From: Chitinophagales bacterium
GTDB lineage: Bacteria; Bacteroidota; Bacteroidia; Chitinophagales; LD1
Assembly (NCBI GenBank): GCA_033578915.1
Contig: JAVQWQ010000003.1
Span: 1-38,334 of the forward strand
Length of the DNA: 38,334 bases
Reading direction: 5' to 3'
This document shows, one piece after another, positions 38,031 to 38,334 of this stretch. The translations under genes were made by a program, and so were the position numbers. The notes beneath the pieces are model-generated. The model searched no databases, was not told where the DNA came from, and worked only from the letters and a program-made list of their open reading frames with translations. Each line of letters opens with the position of its first letter. Position 1 is the stretch's first letter.

Positions 38031-38334
38031 ATGATAGCTGTTTCAAATGTATCACTTGCCTTTGGTGGGAGAATTATTTTTGATGAGATTAATTTCCTGA
38101 TTAGCCGCGGAGACAAAATCGGCCTGGTAGGGCGCAACGGTGCAGGGAAATCCACTTTGCTTAAAATCATTAAAGGAATTCAGGCCATAGATAGCGGAAG
38201 TGTGATGTACCCTAAAGAAACCGTAATAGGTTATTTGCCGCAGGAGCTGCAATTGGCATCGGAGCTAACCGTTATGGAAGAAACACAAAAAGCTTTTGAA
38301 AATATACTAAACCTGAAGTACAAACGCGATGAGC
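38031..38334 (+). CDS. ABC-F family ATP-binding protein (5' partial, runs off window)
   Basis: MIAVSNVSLAFGGRIIFDEINFLISRGDKIGLVGRNGAGKSTLLKII...IGYLPQE. TAAGTTTG box at 38018-38025. Confidence 0.92.
   Translation, partial: MIAVSNVSLAFGGRIIFDEINFLISRGDKIGLVGRNGAGKSTLLKIIKGIQAIDSGSVMYPKETVIGYLPQELQLASELTVMEETQKAFENILNLKYKRDE

Overview
Core-genome segment of a Bacteroidota bacterium, probably Chitinophagales/Saprospiria-like. The assignment rests on T9SS genes, TAnnTTTG -7 promoter boxes and Gln after signal peptides. In order it holds: a truncated GC-rich structured repeat at the left edge; aspC-lepA-surE (-); a T9SS type-B cargo locus (small secreted protein, 1529-aa adhesin-like protein, PorP/SprF, PorE-like OmpA protein); rnhB, thermonuclease, alpha/beta hydrolase, flippase, a hypothetical protein and an S66 LD-carboxypeptidase; tRNA-Leu(GAG); ubiE/menG-porT-PPTase; a GldM-like hypothetical; a solitary mreB; a minus-strand run pyrC-like/DUF4199/GT2/mlaE/mlaF/sucD; an EamA transporter; a 550-bp gap with an unannotated 34-aa hydrophobic ORF and a possible convergent RNA; pepP; tRNA-Leu(CAA), tRNA-Gly(GCC) and tRNA-Leu(TAA); an alkaline-phosphatase-family gene plus a TonB-dependent receptor; rpsF-rpsR-rplI; a beta-helix lipoprotein; a beta-barrel; and a truncated ABC-F gene. 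Five genes are interrupted (five frameshifts and one in-frame TAA), most plausibly by consensus errors. I saw no integrase, transposase, CRISPR array or defence system. The best candidates for something undescribed are the small-peptide/antisense-RNA locus at about 29.1-29.35 kb, the GC-rich repeat, the GldM-like paralog and the non-catalytic PyrC-like protein. All family calls come from motif recognition, not database searches.
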